Shown piece after piece: positions 1-12,073 of a stretch of DNA of 64,000 nt. Each line of letters starts with the position of its first letter. Within the stretch, counting starts at the first letter, position 1. The DNA lies in NCBI GenBank assembly GCA_035439525.1, contig DAORKK010000001.1, positions 3,695 to 67,694 on the forward strand. The letters run 5' to 3'. The position numbers and the translations under genes are program-made. The DNA is from Chitinophagaceae bacterium. GTDB taxonomy: Bacteria > Bacteroidota > Bacteroidia > Chitinophagales > Chitinophagaceae. Below the pieces are notes generated by a model that was given only the letters and a program-made list of their open reading frames with translations, made no database searches and was not told the DNA's origin.

Positions 1-742
1 GTGTGATCGCTGTATTACCAATAATAAAGAAGACATTCATCGTTCCGCACTCCTGCACATATTTATGTTCAAATGCATCCATCCACAACACCTGGTCATA
101 GCCCTTTTTCTTGGCTTCTGCGGTGGCATACATGGCAGCACCATAATTTCCGGCGGCCTTGGCATACCCTACCCCGCCCGGCACTGCCCGTACATATTTT
201 TCCTCAACATAAATCCGCATCGGCGCGGCATAATAAGGGCCGGAAGGACTCAGTATGATCATGAATTTATACGTGTCCGATGGACGGACTCCAATCAACT
301 CATCCGATGAAAACATAAACGGACGGATATAAAGTGAAAAATCATTCTTCATCGGAATCCAGGCCTGGTCCAGTGCGATCAGCCTGCGCATGCCTTCCAC
401 AAATAATTCTTCAGGGACAGCCGGCATCTGCATCCGTTCCGCGGAGATATTGAACCGTTTGTGGTTATCCTGCGGACGGAAGATAAACGGATGGCCTTCA
501 CGGTCTTTATAGGCTTTTATTCCTTCAAAAATCGCCTGTCCGTAATGCAGGGCTGCTACTGAAGGACTCAGCAAGAGCGGTTGATAAGGCTTGATTTCAA
601 TATTTTTCCACTCACCGTTTTCGAAATCCGCCTCCAGCATATGGTCGGTGAAATACTTTCCAAAAGGCAGATTTTCCATATCCAGGTCCTGGAGTTTGCT
701 CCTTTCCACCCGGGTTACTGAAATATCCATTGCTGCCGTCAT
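1..742 (-). CDS. ilvE: Branched-chain amino acid aminotransferase (3' end runs off the window)
   Basis: Manual translation from ATG at 742: MTAAMDISV...LPFGKYFTDHM...LHYGQAIFEGIKAY...YIRP...GYAKAAGNY...QVLW...ECGTMNVFF, class IV PLP aminotransferase motifs. Absent from the ORF track because there is no stop in the window. Confidence 0.93.
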   Translation of the reverse strand, partial: MTAAMDISVTRVERSKLQDLDMENLPFGKYFTDHMLEADFENGEWKNIEIKPYQPLLLSPSVAALHYGQAIFEGIKAYKDREGHPFIFRPQDNHKRFNISAERMQMPAVPEELFVEGMRRLIALDQAWIPMKNDFSLYIRPFMFSSDELIGVRPSDTYKFMIILSPSGPYYAAPMRIYVEEKYVRAVPGGVGYAKAAGNYGAAMYATAEAKKKGYDQVLWMDAFEHKYVQECGTMNVFFIIGNTAIT

Positions 743-813
743 AAAAGATTATTTTTGAACCTCAAAGAAACGAAAAAAAAGCGAACAGCTATTAGTACTT
801 TTATCACGTTACT

Positions 814-1371
814 ATGGATATTAATCATATTCAATTAAGCCCGGCCGCCTTGGCAGGCTTATACAAAAATCACCTCGTAGAATCCGGTGACAGCTCCCCT
901 GGCGCCGGCAGGCCCGTTGCTGTTACAGAAACGCCATTAATCAATTTATCCACTTCAGCTGCTGCCACTGCCACTGCCATTACGGTTAAAGCACTGGGCA
1001 ATAATGAAAAGAAGGTGTTGGTATTGGTCCGGCACGCAGACGTGGTTTTTTTACCGGATGAGGAGTTAAAGTTTCTGACTGGTATCCTGGCAGCCTGTAA
1101 ATTAAGCATTGCCGATGTATCGATTGTAAACCTGCACCATGCTCCAGGAACTGGTTATAAAGAGTTGCTGAACCAATTCCACAGCAGCCGGGTGTTGCTG
1201 TTCGGACTTGAACCGGGTACTATCAATCTGCCCTTAAGTTTTCCCGAATTTCAGCTTCAGGCTTTCAACGGATGTACCTATCATTGGTGTCCGGACCTTG
1301 GAATAATGGAGAACGACCGGACGCTTAAAACCCGTCTCTGGAATAATCTTAAAATACTTTTTACCATATAA
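814..1371 (+). CDS. Hypothetical cytoplasmic protein
   Basis: 185-aa ORF that heads an apparent operon with rdgB and the ECF sigma; no recognisable catalytic motif. Confidence 0.6.
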   Translation: MDINHIQLSPAALAGLYKNHLVESGDSSPGAGRPVAVTETPLINLSTSAAATATAITVKALGNNEKKVLVLVRHADVVFLPDEELKFLTGILAACKLSIADVSIVNLHHAPGTGYKELLNQFHSSRVLLFGLEPGTINLPLSFPEFQLQAFNGCTYHWCPDLGIMENDRTLKTRLWNNLKILFTI

Positions 1372-1380
1372 ATTGCTCCA

Positions 1381-1956
1381 TTGAAACTGATTTTTGCCAC
1401 AAATAACCAGCATAAAGTTGATGAAATCCGTGCTGTTCTGAAAGGTCCGTTGGAGTTGATTACCCTGAAGGAAGCCGGAATCAACATTGATATACCTGAA
1501 CCGTATAACACATTGGAGGAAAACGCCCGTACCAAGTCATCCACTATATTTGAACTGACAGGCTCCCATTGTTTTAGTGAAGACACAGGGCTGGAAGTGG
1601 AAGCATTGGATGGGGAGCCGGGAGTTAAAAGTGCCCGATATGCCGGTGAAGACGCTTCCTTTGAAGCAAATATTGACAAGCTATTGAATAAACTGAGGGG
1701 AGCTGGTAACCGGCGGGCCCGTTTCCGGACCGTTATATCCTTGTTAATAAACGGGCAGGAAACCCTGTTTGAAGGCATCTGCGAAGGCCATATTACCGAG
1801 GAAAGACGTGGAAATAACGGTTTTGGCTATGATCCGGTATTTGTACCTGACGGTTCGGACCATAGTTTTGCGGAAATGGACATGGAAGGAAAGAACCGGT
1901 TCAGTCACCGGAAGAAAGCCACCCAAAAACTGGTAGCATTTTTGAATAGCCTGTAA
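1381..1956 (+). CDS. rdgB: Non-canonical purine NTP pyrophosphatase (RdgB/HAM1)
   Basis: ATNNQHK, EDTGL, PGVKSARYA, FGYDPVF and SHRKKA motifs; TTG start. Confidence 0.95.
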   Translation: MKLIFATNNQHKVDEIRAVLKGPLELITLKEAGINIDIPEPYNTLEENARTKSSTIFELTGSHCFSEDTGLEVEALDGEPGVKSARYAGEDASFEANIDKLLNKLRGAGNRRARFRTVISLLINGQETLFEGICEGHITEERRGNNGFGYDPVFVPDGSDHSFAEMDMEGKNRFSHRKKATQKLVAFLNSL

Positions 1957-1971
1957 TAAAACCACCAAATT

Positions 1972-2550
1972 TTGACACCTGAACGCAACCAAAATATCAG
2001 TGACAACGACCTTATAAGAGGATGCATGGAAAGTGACCGGCGAATGCAGGAGGAATTGTACCGCCGGTTTTCCCCCCGGATGTATGCTGTCTGTCTCCGT
2101 TATGCCGGCAATGCCGAAGAAGCAGAAGACATCTTACAGGAAGGTTTTATTAAGGTCTTTAAAAAACTGGACAGTTTCCGGAACGAAGGCTCTTTTGAGG
2201 GCTGGATCCGGAGGATTTTTGTCAATACGGCCATCGAGCATTTCCGCCGAAAGAAATACCTGTTGCCCGTAACAGAAAAAGAAGAAAATACAATCGAGGG
2301 AAAATATACGTCCGTGCTGGATGAACTGGGAGCCAAAGACATTATGGCGCTGGTACAGGAACTGAGCCCTGGTTACCGTACCGTTTTTAACATGTATGTG
2401 GTTGAGGGTTATACCCACAAAGAAATAGCCGACCAGTTAGGCATCAGCGAGGGCACCAGTAAGTCACAGCTATCCAGGGCCAAGGTCATCCTGCAGGACA
2501 TGGTCAGAACGCATATAGATCGTCAAAGAGGCATAAGCACGAAATCATGA
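1972..2550 (+). CDS. ECF-type sigma-70 RNA polymerase sigma factor
   Basis: Region 2 AEDILQEGFIKVF...FEGWIRRI and region 4 EGYTHKEIADQLGISEGTSKSQLSRAK. Confidence 0.93.
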   Translation: MTPERNQNISDNDLIRGCMESDRRMQEELYRRFSPRMYAVCLRYAGNAEEAEDILQEGFIKVFKKLDSFRNEGSFEGWIRRIFVNTAIEHFRRKKYLLPVTEKEENTIEGKYTSVLDELGAKDIMALVQELSPGYRTVFNMYVVEGYTHKEIADQLGISEGTSKSQLSRAKVILQDMVRTHIDRQRGISTKS

Positions 2551-3437
2551 GTGAGCAGATCCGTCATACACTATTGAATCACGAAGTACCCCCGCCACCG
2601 GCTGCCTGGGAGCATATTCTTTCGGAGCTCCGGGAAATGGAAGCGTTTAAATCTACCGGAAATCAGCTTGCAGTGGCAGAAGTGAACCCGGCTCCGCATA
2701 ACTGGAACCGGATTTTATCAGGCCTTGAAGAAATCAGTATCGGGCAGGAACTCGCAACTACTGAAGTAGCTCCCCCACATGGAACCTGGGACAAAATTGC
2801 CCGTGAACTTGATGCTGAACAACAACCAATTAAAAGAATAACTCCCTGGTGGCGTTACGCTGCCGCAGCGGCTATTTTAGTTACCATTGGCCTTGGCATT
2901 ATGCGGATGGTTCAGCCCGGAGTTAAAGGTGAAGAGATGGCCTTACACCAGGACACGCTTCCTGTTATTGATCCGGGCAAATCGGATCTGACAAAAGAAA
3001 CGCTGGAAGAACTGGTAGCCACAGCTTCCGCTGAGAATGAGGATGCCCGCAATGATGCCGCGTTGGAAGCCAGTAAAAAAACATATGCAAAACTGGAGTA
3101 TCCTGCTAAAAAAATAGCCCGCGAAGTATCCGGCTTTTATTTTAATACCTATAACGGGGATGCGGGTACAAGAGGACTTAATACCGTGGAAACGGGACTT
3201 TCCGAAAACAAACCGGCTGAACGCTATATCAAGCTTATGACCCCGGAAGGAAACATCATCCGGGTTTCCAAAAAGCTGGGTGGTATGGTTTGCTGTCTTT
3301 CCGGTGAAGCAGAGGATCCAGCCTGTACAGATCAGCTGAAAAAATGGAGGGAAAAAATGATTACATCATCGCTTGGGCATTCAGGAGACAGTTTCCTGGA
3401 TTTGCTGCTGCTCATCAATACGGAAGAAGAAAACTAA
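2547..3437 (+). CDS. Putative membrane-anchored anti-sigma factor
   Basis: ATGA overlap with the sigma stop; N-terminal EVxPP..W..I motifs, one TM segment (WWRYAAAAAILVTIGLGIM), C-terminal extracytoplasmic domain. Confidence 0.7.
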   Translation: MSEQIRHTLLNHEVPPPPAAWEHILSELREMEAFKSTGNQLAVAEVNPAPHNWNRILSGLEEISIGQELATTEVAPPHGTWDKIARELDAEQQPIKRITPWWRYAAAAAILVTIGLGIMRMVQPGVKGEEMALHQDTLPVIDPGKSDLTKETLEELVATASAENEDARNDAALEASKKTYAKLEYPAKKIAREVSGFYFNTYNGDAGTRGLNTVETGLSENKPAERYIKLMTPEGNIIRVSKKLGGMVCCLSGEAEDPACTDQLKKWREKMITSSLGHSGDSFLDLLLLINTEEEN

Positions 3438-3471
3438 CCGATAAAAAACAGCGAACCGGCACTACACAAAT

Positions 3472-3906
3472 ATGGGAAGGAATAAATTAGTTACACCCGC
3501 GGTATTTACGTTTTCCTGTCCGATTCCTGTCCGGATAACAGATATTAACTATGGCGGACATGCCGGCAATGACACGATCCTCTCCCTGATTCATGAGGCG
3601 CGTATGCAGTATCTAGGGAGTTTCGGCTATACGGAAATGAATCTGGCCGGTTCTGCACTGATCATGTCCGATGTGTGCATAGAGTTTAAAAAAGAATTGT
3701 TTTATGGCGAATCGTTAATTGCCTATGTGACTGCAGGCGAAATTTCACGGGTTGGATTTGAACTGTTTTATAAGCTGGAGAAAAACACCCCTGCCGGAAA
3801 CATAACCGTGGCCCTTGCCAGGACCGGGATGGTCTGTTTCGATTATACACTAAAAAAAATAACGGGTGTACCGGAAGAAGCCCGTCTGAAGATGAAGGGC
3901 TGTTAA
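3472..3906 (+). CDS. Acyl-CoA thioesterase (hot-dog fold, 4HBT/YbgC-like)
   Basis: VRITDINYGGHAGND...HEAR motif, 144 aa. Confidence 0.85.
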   Translation: MGRNKLVTPAVFTFSCPIPVRITDINYGGHAGNDTILSLIHEARMQYLGSFGYTEMNLAGSALIMSDVCIEFKKELFYGESLIAYVTAGEISRVGFELFYKLEKNTPAGNITVALARTGMVCFDYTLKKITGVPEEARLKMKGC

Positions 3907-4637
3907 TCCCGGTTCCAGAAAGCCCAGCTTTCTTCTGCCTGAATCACCAGCATTTCTTCCCCGTTTTTGACCTGTGCCCCCTTTTCTTTTCCCTGCTGCA
4001 GAAATTTTGTGAGTGGCGGGTTATATACCAGATCATAAAGTAAATGCCGGTGAGTAATCCCTTCATAAGGAATATCCGGGAAATTGTCTGTATGAGGATA
4101 TGTACCTAATGGTGTGGTATTGATGATCAGTGTATGTGCTTGTACGATATCCCGCGTGAGCTCGCTGTATGTGAGGGTAGATCCTTTATGCAGGCTGCGG
4201 CTCACTACTTCAAACGGAATTCCTTTTTCTTTCAATACATACAGAATCGACTCAGTGGCCCCGCCATTTCCCAAAACCAGCGCCCGCTGGTGTGTGCTGT
4301 TCAGTAATGGGGTCAGGCTTTTCCCGAAACCCAAAACATCCGTATTATAACCAGTCAGCTGTCCGTCTCTGATTTTAATGCAATTGCAGGCATTTAGCCC
4401 TTCCGGTATAAGCGAGTCCGTTAAGTAAGCTAAAACGGCTTTCTTATAGGGGATCGTGACATTCAATCCTTCCAGTGAAGGATGCGCATCCAGTAGTGCC
4501 GGCAATTCAGTGATTGCTGAAAGAGGGAACAATTTGTACCGGCAGTTGTGGATATGCAGTTCCTCAAACTTCCGGGTAAAATACTTTTCAGAGAAAGAAT
4601 GTCCCAGTGGATTTCCAATCAGGCCGAATAGCCGCAT
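3903..4637 (-). CDS. aroE: Shikimate dehydrogenase
   Basis: GNPLGHSFS, GLNVTIPYK, GYNTD, LGNGGA, NTTPLG, DLVYNP and MLVIQA motifs. Confidence 0.95.
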   Translation of the reverse strand: MRLFGLIGNPLGHSFSEKYFTRKFEELHIHNCRYKLFPLSAITELPALLDAHPSLEGLNVTIPYKKAVLAYLTDSLIPEGLNACNCIKIRDGQLTGYNTDVLGFGKSLTPLLNSTHQRALVLGNGGATESILYVLKEKGIPFEVVSRSLHKGSTLTYSELTRDIVQAHTLIINTTPLGTYPHTDNFPDIPYEGITHRHLLYDLVYNPPLTKFLQQGKEKGAQVKNGEEMLVIQAEESWAFWNRD

Positions 4638-5410
4638 CAGACCGATTCTTTTTTATCCAGGTATAATGTAAAGGTGTCACCTCTTAAACCGATCCGCATC
4701 GCTTCCAGGGGTATCACTTCAGATGGTGCAATATTTCCCAGGTTGGCATTACAACCCAGTAATTCGATAAAATAGAGCTGTTGTGCTTTCTGGGGTGCTT
4801 CCCAGATGATCTGTTCGCCGGGAATCTGAGTCAGGATTTCCTGCACCAATCCTTCCCGTACTTCGCCACTACCCCGGTATATACCCACATTACCGGCCTC
4901 CCGGGCTTCTGCTATTACATAAGAGGATCCCGCTTCCAGTTCAGCCCGCATCAGTTCAATCCATTTGTAGGGGGGAATGATATGGGCAGCGTCTTTACTG
5001 CCTACTTCGCTCAGTACCGTACCATGCTTGGTAAGCTTTTCAATATATCCACACTTTTCGGCATGCGGGATGGTGATAGACCCGTCACTGACTTCCATAT
5101 AGCTGATGCCAAAATCCTTGCAAACACTGATATAATCTTCAAACTGGTTACGGATCAGGAAGGCTTCAAACAATGTTCCGCCGAAATAAACCGGGATATC
5201 ATAGGAACGGTATACTTCCAGCTTTTCCCGCAGGTTGGGTGTCACGAATGAAGTGCCAAATCCCAGTTTTACAATATCCACATGCGGATAAGAAACACTC
5301 ATGAAATTTTTAGCTTCTTCAATACTCAGCCCTTTATCCATTACCATCGTAAGGCCTGATTGCCTGGGCTTTTGTTTCCTGTCCGGTATTTGCGTTAAAT
5401 TAAAATTCAT
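4637..5410 (-). CDS. comA: Phosphosulfolactate synthase (ComA family)
   Basis: GLTMVMDKG, VKLGFGTS, GGTLFE, EVSDG, SEVGSK, EARE.G, WEAP and LEAMRIGLRGDT motifs; stop overlaps the aroE start (TGATG). Confidence 0.9.
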   Translation of the reverse strand: MNFNLTQIPDRKQKPRQSGLTMVMDKGLSIEEAKNFMSVSYPHVDIVKLGFGTSFVTPNLREKLEVYRSYDIPVYFGGTLFEAFLIRNQFEDYISVCKDFGISYMEVSDGSITIPHAEKCGYIEKLTKHGTVLSEVGSKDAAHIIPPYKWIELMRAELEAGSSYVIAEAREAGNVGIYRGSGEVREGLVQEILTQIPGEQIIWEAPQKAQQLYFIELLGCNANLGNIAPSEVIPLEAMRIGLRGDTFTLYLDKKESV

Positions 5411-5448
5411 ACTCGTATAATTAAATGTACCTCAATATTAAAACGCGG

Positions 5449-5456
5449 CAAAAATA
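5449..5456 (-). promoter_or_regulatory. Bacteroidota -7 promoter box upstream of comA
   Basis: TATTTTTG on the minus strand matches TAnnTTTG, 38 nt upstream of the ATG. Confidence 0.55.
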
Positions 5457-5499
5457 AGGAAGATTCGCGGGCTTCTGTGTGATTTAATGAAGGAACGGA

Positions 5500-6921
5500 T
5501 CAGATTGACTTGTTTCGCTTGTACCTGGCAAGCAGATCGACCAATGACTGGTTCTGCAGAAGGGCCGGATTTAATTCCACCATTTTTTTCAATAAGCGGG
5601 GTGCTGCCTGTAATGCATTTTCCAGCCATAAAAGGGCCTCTTTTGATTTCCCGGCGGCAAACAGCAGGGCTGCTTTATAATAAAGAAACAAGGGTTTGTT
5701 TCCGGTTAACTTCAGAGCGGCTTCCGCCTGTTCAATTCCTTCTTCCCAAAAACCACCCATGTACAGGCTGCGTATCAGTGCTTCCCATCCATTCGCGTTC
5801 CGTGGACGCAACCGGACAACGGTTGAAAAATACTGCACTGCTTCACGGTAAAGACCAAGCTGCAGTTTACATTCTCCGGCCAGTAAATTATACTCCGGTT
5901 GATTACGGTGTATTTTCATGGCCGTTTCCAGCTGACGGATACAGGCCGTCCACTGCCCTTCATTAAAATAGGTGGAGGCGATTTTATAAAATAACTTACT
6001 ATCGTCCTGGCGCAGGTGCGATGCCTTCCGGTAATGGAAGCGGGCCTGTGCCGGATTCTTCAGCTTTTCATAACAATAACCGATCGCTTCAAAAATCACA
6101 TCTTCCGGCTTGGCAAGTTCATTCACTTTCTCAAGTGCTTCAATCGCTTCTTTATATTTCCTTAAGCGGATATAGGCGTCCCCCATATTCCGGTAAGCAT
6201 AATCAAATTTTTCTTCAATCGTGATCGCGTATTTATAGGCATCTATGGCTTTTTCATAGAGCTTTAAACCCTGGTAAGCAGCTGCGAGGTTAAACCAGGC
6301 CAGTTCATTATAAGGATACTCATCTATAATTTTTAAATGAAGCCGGATACCCTCTTCATTACGTCCGGTGAAATCTGTCCAGAAACAGATTTTATACAGC
6401 GCTTCTTCATTGTTCGGATCATCCTCCAGGATTAGTTTCAGGCAATCAAACACTTTCTCAAAGTCTTCGTAATCGTCATAAACATCAGCCAATTCAAACA
6501 GGAGCTCCATCCGCTCCTCTCCCTCGAACAACGCAATCGCTTCTTCCAGCAGGGTTACAGCTTTCTCCTGCTGATCCAGTGCCAGGTAGACTTCCGTCTT
6601 CAGAATATAGAGATTGATATCCCCGCTGTCCAACAAGGTGGCTTGTTCCAGCACATCGAGCGCCGTATGGTATTGCCGCCTGGCCAGTAAAATATCGGCT
6701 TTTTTGATCCGTAGCATAGCCGAATAGGGATATTGCTCACAGGCGTGTGTAGCAGCAGACATTGCCATTTTCAGGTCTTCATTCCCGTGATAATGATCGA
6801 TTATTTTTTCAAAGGAATCTTCTTCAATAAAGGAATGCGGGCGGCCATTTTTCAGGTTTTCAAATTGTCTGAGCAGTTCCTGAAGTAGTTCACTATCTTC
6901 CCGGTATGGATTTTCTTGCAT
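5500..6921 (-). CDS. Tetratricopeptide repeat protein
   Basis: Serial TPR-like repeats (AWFNLAAAY..., AYRNMGDAY...); no signal peptide. Confidence 0.88.
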   Translation of the reverse strand: MQENPYREDSELLQELLRQFENLKNGRPHSFIEEDSFEKIIDHYHGNEDLKMAMSAATHACEQYPYSAMLRIKKADILLARRQYHTALDVLEQATLLDSGDINLYILKTEVYLALDQQEKAVTLLEEAIALFEGEERMELLFELADVYDDYEDFEKVFDCLKLILEDDPNNEEALYKICFWTDFTGRNEEGIRLHLKIIDEYPYNELAWFNLAAAYQGLKLYEKAIDAYKYAITIEEKFDYAYRNMGDAYIRLRKYKEAIEALEKVNELAKPEDVIFEAIGYCYEKLKNPAQARFHYRKASHLRQDDSKLFYKIASTYFNEGQWTACIRQLETAMKIHRNQPEYNLLAGECKLQLGLYREAVQYFSTVVRLRPRNANGWEALIRSLYMGGFWEEGIEQAEAALKLTGNKPLFLYYKAALLFAAGKSKEALLWLENALQAAPRLLKKMVELNPALLQNQSLVDLLARYKRNKSI

Positions 6922-7185
6922 GAATTCCGGTCTTTAAAAGTGCTGAATCTGTTTAAGGCCTGGTTCAGACAGCAAAATCCCTTTGCCCCCTGAAAACTGT
7001 TGTTATCAACAAGTTAAGTAAAAAAAACCAGTAGAATCGCCGCCTAGTTTTCCCCAAATGTGCAAAATAGACATTTTTTTTACCGGCCAACATGTAACAA
7101 TTTACAGCCCGAACCGTTAATAGAGTACTAAAGTTCTGGACGAACGGTTTTTTTATATTTTTATTTGTCACTACATTTGTAATTA

Positions 7186-7557
7186 ATGAAGCATAACCGG
7201 GCCAATACCACATGGACAAGCGGACTTAAAAAGCTGGGTATCATCCTGCTTTTTGCCTGTACCGGTATGGGTGCTTATGCCACTTTGGGTGACGGAAATA
7301 AGAAAACTGACAAACCCAAAACCAAAATTCTTTCCGGCCGCACTATTTCCAAACCTGGTTCTTTCTCATTAAAATCCGGTTATAATTATCGTGGTAATTC
7401 AGTAATCAATACTGAAACAAATAAAAGAACCATCCGGCTGAACACGGTTGTTACCGTACAAAAAGGCCGGACTACGTTTATTGTTCCACTCAAAAAGAAC
7501 GTAGTGCTCAATAAAGTAAAACTGGATCTCGGTAACCGCCAGTTTCAGCGGCAGTAA
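7186..7557 (+). CDS. Hypothetical secreted basic protein
   Basis: Signal-like LGIILLFACTGMGAYA, Lys-rich mature part; TACATTTG box at 7172-7179. Confidence 0.65.
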   Translation: MKHNRANTTWTSGLKKLGIILLFACTGMGAYATLGDGNKKTDKPKTKILSGRTISKPGSFSLKSGYNYRGNSVINTETNKRTIRLNTVVTVQKGRTTFIVPLKKNVVLNKVKLDLGNRQFQRQ

Positions 7558-7564
7558 TTTTAAT

Positions 7565-8230
7565 CTAATTCTGTTTTCCCCCTTTACTTTCTTCATAGGT
7601 CATTACCCTGAATCCTGATTTAGGCAGGTCAAATTTTGACTGCTGGACGGGATTGAAATTGATCGTGGAAACGGTATAAGTCACCAGCATGTTGCCAAGG
7701 GTGGCTTCGTACTGCATAGCCAATCCGGGCAGATTCTTATTTAAGTATTGAAAATCCTTATTTACCGGAACAAGATCCCTGGTAAAATAAACATTGAACG
7801 TACTGCCATCCGTCAACTTACCGATAGCTTTCTGACAGTTATAACCGGCAATGGTCTTGAATTCCTCCACATAGGTAAACGTGATCCCTTCGTACTTTTT
7901 ATTTGTCTCTTTCCAGTTTTCACGGGTCATGGTGATCATATACTTCTGTTCACCGTACTCCTTCAACACGGTCACATTCCCTGTTTTTCCGTCCACGATC
8001 GTGGCCTGTGTTCCAAGGGAACTGATCATATCTGAACGGCTGGAACTGCCTTTCAGGTAAACCACACTGGTGGCACCATCGAGCAGATCAGCGGCCTGCG
8101 GGGTTTCGTTGGTGGTATTGATCACAATGTCATACGAAATAGTGGCTTCCGTGAGCCGGCGCTGGGCCAAGAGGTCCATACTGATCATCAGCAATCCCAG
8201 TAATGCGCTTATCGTGTATATCTTTTTCAT
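7565..8230 (-). CDS. GLPGLI/DUF4412-like exported protein
   Basis: Signal peptide; KTIAGYNCQKA and NLPGLAM motifs typical of this Bacteroidota family. Confidence 0.7.
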   Translation of the reverse strand: MKKIYTISALLGLLMISMDLLAQRRLTEATISYDIVINTTNETPQAADLLDGATSVVYLKGSSSRSDMISSLGTQATIVDGKTGNVTVLKEYGEQKYMITMTRENWKETNKKYEGITFTYVEEFKTIAGYNCQKAIGKLTDGSTFNVYFTRDLVPVNKDFQYLNKNLPGLAMQYEATLGNMLVTYTVSTINFNPVQQSKFDLPKSGFRVMTYEESKGGKQN

Positions 8231-8291
8231 GGTAGTTTACTGTATAATATATCTAAAAGACGTGCCAATTTAGCCAATAAGTTGCTTAAAC

Positions 8292-8330
8292 AGAAAAACC
8301 GGGTGTTTTGCAACAAATCCCGGTCTTTCT
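8292..8330 (-). terminator. Intrinsic terminator after yidC
   Basis: Inverted repeat agaaaaaccggg / cccggtctttct with a T-rich 3' arm on the minus strand. Confidence 0.55.
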
Positions 8331-8348
8331 TAAGGGTATTTTAACAGC

Positions 8349-10208
8349 TTAGCGCTTGTTCTTATACTGTGTATCCTTCAGTTTTTTCTGTTGTTCCTGC
8401 ATTTGCTCCATCCGTTCCTGCCATTTGGACTTGGTCTTCGGCTTTTTCCGGTTTTCCTCAATTTTTGCCAGAATCTTATCGTGATCAATGATATAATTCT
8501 GGATAATAAATTGCAGGATCAGGGTCACCGCATTTGAAACAGTATAATACCAGGTAAGCGCTGAAGGCAGTTTATTGAAGAAGAATAAGAGAAATACCGG
8601 GAAAATATAAGGCAGGTACTTCATCATCGGATTGCTCTGGTCTGGGGTCATACTCATACTGTACCAGGAAATCAGGAAGCTGGTTGCTGCTGCCGTTACG
8701 TTGAATAAGCTCAGGTGACTTCCCAGGAAAGGGATACTGAACCCGAATTTGATCGGATCATCAAAAGCGGCCAGGTCATTGGCCCAGAGGAATTCCGCAC
8801 CCCTGAGACTGACTTCCGAGTTAAAGAAGCTGAAGAGGGCAAAGAAGATCGGGATTTGAAGCAGGGCCGGAATACAACCTCCCAGGGGGTTCACCCCTGC
8901 TTCCCGGAACAATTTCATCTGTTCCATGCTCATAGCCTGCTGATCCCCGGCCGTTTTTTCTTTCAGGCGGGCAATTTCGGGCCGGAGGGCCTTCATTTTT
9001 GCACCACTCAGGTAACTGGAATAAGTTAACGGGGAAATCAATAAACGGATAAACAGGGTAAGTAAGGCGATAGCCAATCCCATACTGCCCGGTGTTAACC
9101 CCTTGAAAAAATCGAATATCGGGAGAATTACAAAACGATTCAGCGGGCGGACAAATGCATACATACCCTGACCTAAATTCACCAGCTTTTCAAATTTCTG
9201 ATCATACTTTTTGAGAATATGATAATCCGAAGGACCATAGTACATACTGAAACCGGCTGCAGCGGATGAGGTAACAGGCAGCTGAACCTTCATATTGGCA
9301 GTGGATTGTATTAGGACATGTGAGCTGTCTGACGGAAGCGTCCATTCCAGTTTACCGGAACTGAAATTTTTCTTTGCCTGGAAGATCGTAAAGAAAAAAC
9401 GCTGGCGCACCCCTACCCAACTCACTGATTTGTTAAAATCAACACTATTCCGGTTGCCCACCGTGTAATAATCAAATTCTTCATTCTCCACAAAACCAAC
9501 CTGTGTGTTTTGCTTTTCGAAATCAATATCGGTTTCCTGCTGAGCGGCTGAATACTGCCAGGAAAGATTCAAATTTCCTTGTGTAAGCAACTGATCCGCC
9601 CCTTGAAATTCGATATCAAAATCGATCATGTAATCGTTGGGCTTCACTGTGTATTTGTGTACAATACGGGCGGCATTGTTACTGTCAGACGAAGTGAGGG
9701 TAAATGCATAGGTTTTTGAACCATCTGCATTTTTAGAAGAGTCGATCCTATTGAAATAGAAATCGGCGCTTTGAAGCGTTTGGTTCGGTCCGGTTACTAC
9801 GGGATAACTCAGCCGGTCAAAATCGGAAGACGCGAGCCGGAGCAGATTACTGTCCAGGCCCTTAAAGTTCTTTAATTCCACTTTTTTAACCTGGGCCCCT
9901 TTGCTGCTGAACGTAATATTGATCAGCTCATTGCTGGTCTGAATCAGCTGTTCAGTTCCCTTTACAGCATCCCTGAATGTTCCGGAAGCGGCCACTACCC
10001 GTTGTGTATCCGCCTGTGCACTATCTTTTTTCTGCGCAAGTGTATCAGTTTTGGGTTTGTTAAGCGCGGCTATGGAATCACTAAAGGCCTTTTCCCGCTT
10101 CACTTTATCATTATAGCGTTTCTGCTCCTGATTATTATAATAGAAGTAGCCAAAAAATAACAGCGCAAGGACTACAAACCCGATTATGGTGTTACGATCG
10201 AAATTCAT
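8349..10208 (-). CDS. yidC: Membrane protein insertase YidC
   Basis: N-terminal TM, large periplasmic domain, then [24 protein letters not shown] and LPSALTWYY. Confidence 0.96.
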   Translation of the reverse strand: MNFDRNTIIGFVVLALLFFGYFYYNNQEQKRYNDKVKREKAFSDSIAALNKPKTDTLAQKKDSAQADTQRVVAASGTFRDAVKGTEQLIQTSNELINITFSSKGAQVKKVELKNFKGLDSNLLRLASSDFDRLSYPVVTGPNQTLQSADFYFNRIDSSKNADGSKTYAFTLTSSDSNNAARIVHKYTVKPNDYMIDFDIEFQGADQLLTQGNLNLSWQYSAAQQETDIDFEKQNTQVGFVENEEFDYYTVGNRNSVDFNKSVSWVGVRQRFFFTIFQAKKNFSSGKLEWTLPSDSSHVLIQSTANMKVQLPVTSSAAAGFSMYYGPSDYHILKKYDQKFEKLVNLGQGMYAFVRPLNRFVILPIFDFFKGLTPGSMGLAIALLTLFIRLLISPLTYSSYLSGAKMKALRPEIARLKEKTAGDQQAMSMEQMKLFREAGVNPLGGCIPALLQIPIFFALFSFFNSEVSLRGAEFLWANDLAAFDDPIKFGFSIPFLGSHLSLFNVTAAATSFLISWYSMSMTPDQSNPMMKYLPYIFPVFLLFFFNKLPSALTWYYTVSNAVTLILQFIIQNYIIDHDKILAKIEENRKKPKTKSKWQERMEQMQEQQKKLKDTQYKNKR

Positions 10209-10230
10209 TCTGGAGGGAAATTTAAGGTCG

Positions 10231-10238
10231 CAAAGATA
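10231..10238 (-). promoter_or_regulatory. -7 promoter box for yidC
   Basis: TATCTTTG on the minus strand, 22 nt upstream of the ATG. Confidence 0.65.
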
Positions 10239-10245
10239 GGGTAAT

Positions 10246-10405
10246 CAGTCGGCAGTAGGCAATATACAGTCGGCAGGCGGCAGATAGCAGTAGGCAGCCT
10301 GCAGGCGGCAGTAGGCAGGCAGTAGCCGGCAGGCAACAGTAGGCAGACGGCAGATAGCTGCACCTGTCAGAAGACTGCCACCTGCCTACAGCCGGCTGGC
10401 GACTG

Positions 10406-10408
<3 letters not shown>
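10246..10408. repeat. Degenerate CAGNNGG heptamer array with an inverted arm
   Basis: About 16 units at 10246-10357 (cagtcgg, cagtagg, caggcgg, cagatag...); inverted arm at 10375-10405 abuts the pyrG stop; 10339-10353 can pair with 10375-10389. Confidence 0.9.

Positions 10409-12073
<1,665 letters not shown>

Noticed and set aside
65-310. Plus-strand ORFs 65-310 and 73-258
   Set aside because: They are antisense shadows of ilvE
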